The notes under the pieces were generated by a model. The model searched no databases, was not told where the DNA came from, and saw only the letters and a list, made by a program, of their open reading frames with translations. A stretch of DNA of 63,686 nt, filler included, from Rozella allomycis CSF55 (Eukaryota): the NCBI GenBank assembly GCA_000442015.1. It is 10 parts of 10 records of this genome, joined end to end, with 100 filler letters (N's around TTAATTAATTAA, not from the genome) between each part and the next. Parts side by side here need not be neighbours in the genome. Positions count along the whole stretch, not along the records: positions 62,116 to 63,686 come from KE560828.1; 9 more parts are not named here. One strand, given 5' to 3'. A program made the position numbers and the translations under genes. This document shows positions 63,148 to 63,686 of this stretch, in pieces (positions within the stretch are counted from its first letter, which is position 1; every line of letters begins with the position of its first letter).

Positions 63148-63686
63148 GTTTATCGGACGGGGAGGTACGACCCGGACTCCAGACACGATTATTGAANTGT
63201 CCGATAAATTGTTCTTTTATCTACTTTATTAGCGTTTTAGTGACATTAAAATAGCTTGTTACACTTAGTTTTGACTTTTGAGTCCCATAGACAGCATAGT
63301 GTGGCAAATCTTTAAAAGTATACAATTGTATAATTATTCTTATATTAATTTAAAGATAAATGTTTTTTATCGGACGGGGAGGTACGACCCGGACTCCAGA
63401 CACGATTATTGAAAATCGTGTTAACACCATTTTCACTTCGATTATACACTCACTTTAAGGGATTAATATCGTTGACCGGGGTAGTTGTCGAATGGTTTCT
63501 GTGGGTCTGTGTGTGTGTCTGTCTGTCCATGGCTTAGCAATGTCAGTTTTTCATCGTAAGGCCATGAAATCAAATCCATTTCAGCTCAAAAATTCGGCAG
63601 GATAAAGGAAACCAAGTTTCCACTTTTGTTGCAACTTGCAATCTGCCATTATTTTACTTTAAAATAATAAAAAATAGAATAATATT
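63148..63686 (+). mobile_element. DINE-1/HINE-like dispersed repeat (copy D, includes a junction duplicate)
   Basis: tttatcggac 5' end at ~63149 and ~63366; inverted gtccgataaa at 63199; hairpin cacgatt-attgaa-aatcgtg; (GT)n(GTCT)n tract; homology to 4350-5065. Confidence 0.65.

Overview
AT-rich, gene-dense eukaryotic DNA with very short (mostly ~27-30 nt) GT-AG introns, cilium-associated genes (RIIAD1, CCDC148-like, TBC1D31) and fungal-type housekeeping genes. It is most consistent with a zoosporic early-diverging fungus such as Rozella (inference; not verifiable here). The window is a draft scaffold: nine ~100-bp N gaps each carry an artificial TTAATTAATTAA spacer, and many single-'n' junctions duplicate adjacent sequence, so adjacency across them is uncertain. 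Housekeeping genes include SQT1/AAMP, JMJD5, SRPRA, TRM44, mitochondrial L27, MED31, CMC4, GRC3/NOL9, RPS27, FIGNL1, a Sip3/Lam1-type sterol transporter, SPF30, malate synthase, KNL2/M18BP1, YPI1, RPN13, PRP9, TAF9, PTRHD1, a CaM kinase, a SWEET and NOP58. Accessory material includes two Ty1/copia elements, a 137-bp tandem repeat array, a DINE-1/HINE-like dispersed repeat, a three-copy family of secreted helical proteins, a 31-aa ankyrin array, a Crinkler-type NTPase+nuclease gene and a putatively inactive lysozyme/GH19-like secreted protein. The most notable observations are a Tom20 fused to a degenerate SET domain, the secreted family around it with a gene-conversion tract, head-to-head genes only 14-31 bp apart sharing an AAWTTTCG-like motif next to the ATG, and a copia LTR with apparent TCA...TGA ends. 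All homology calls are from motif recognition by eye; no searches were run.
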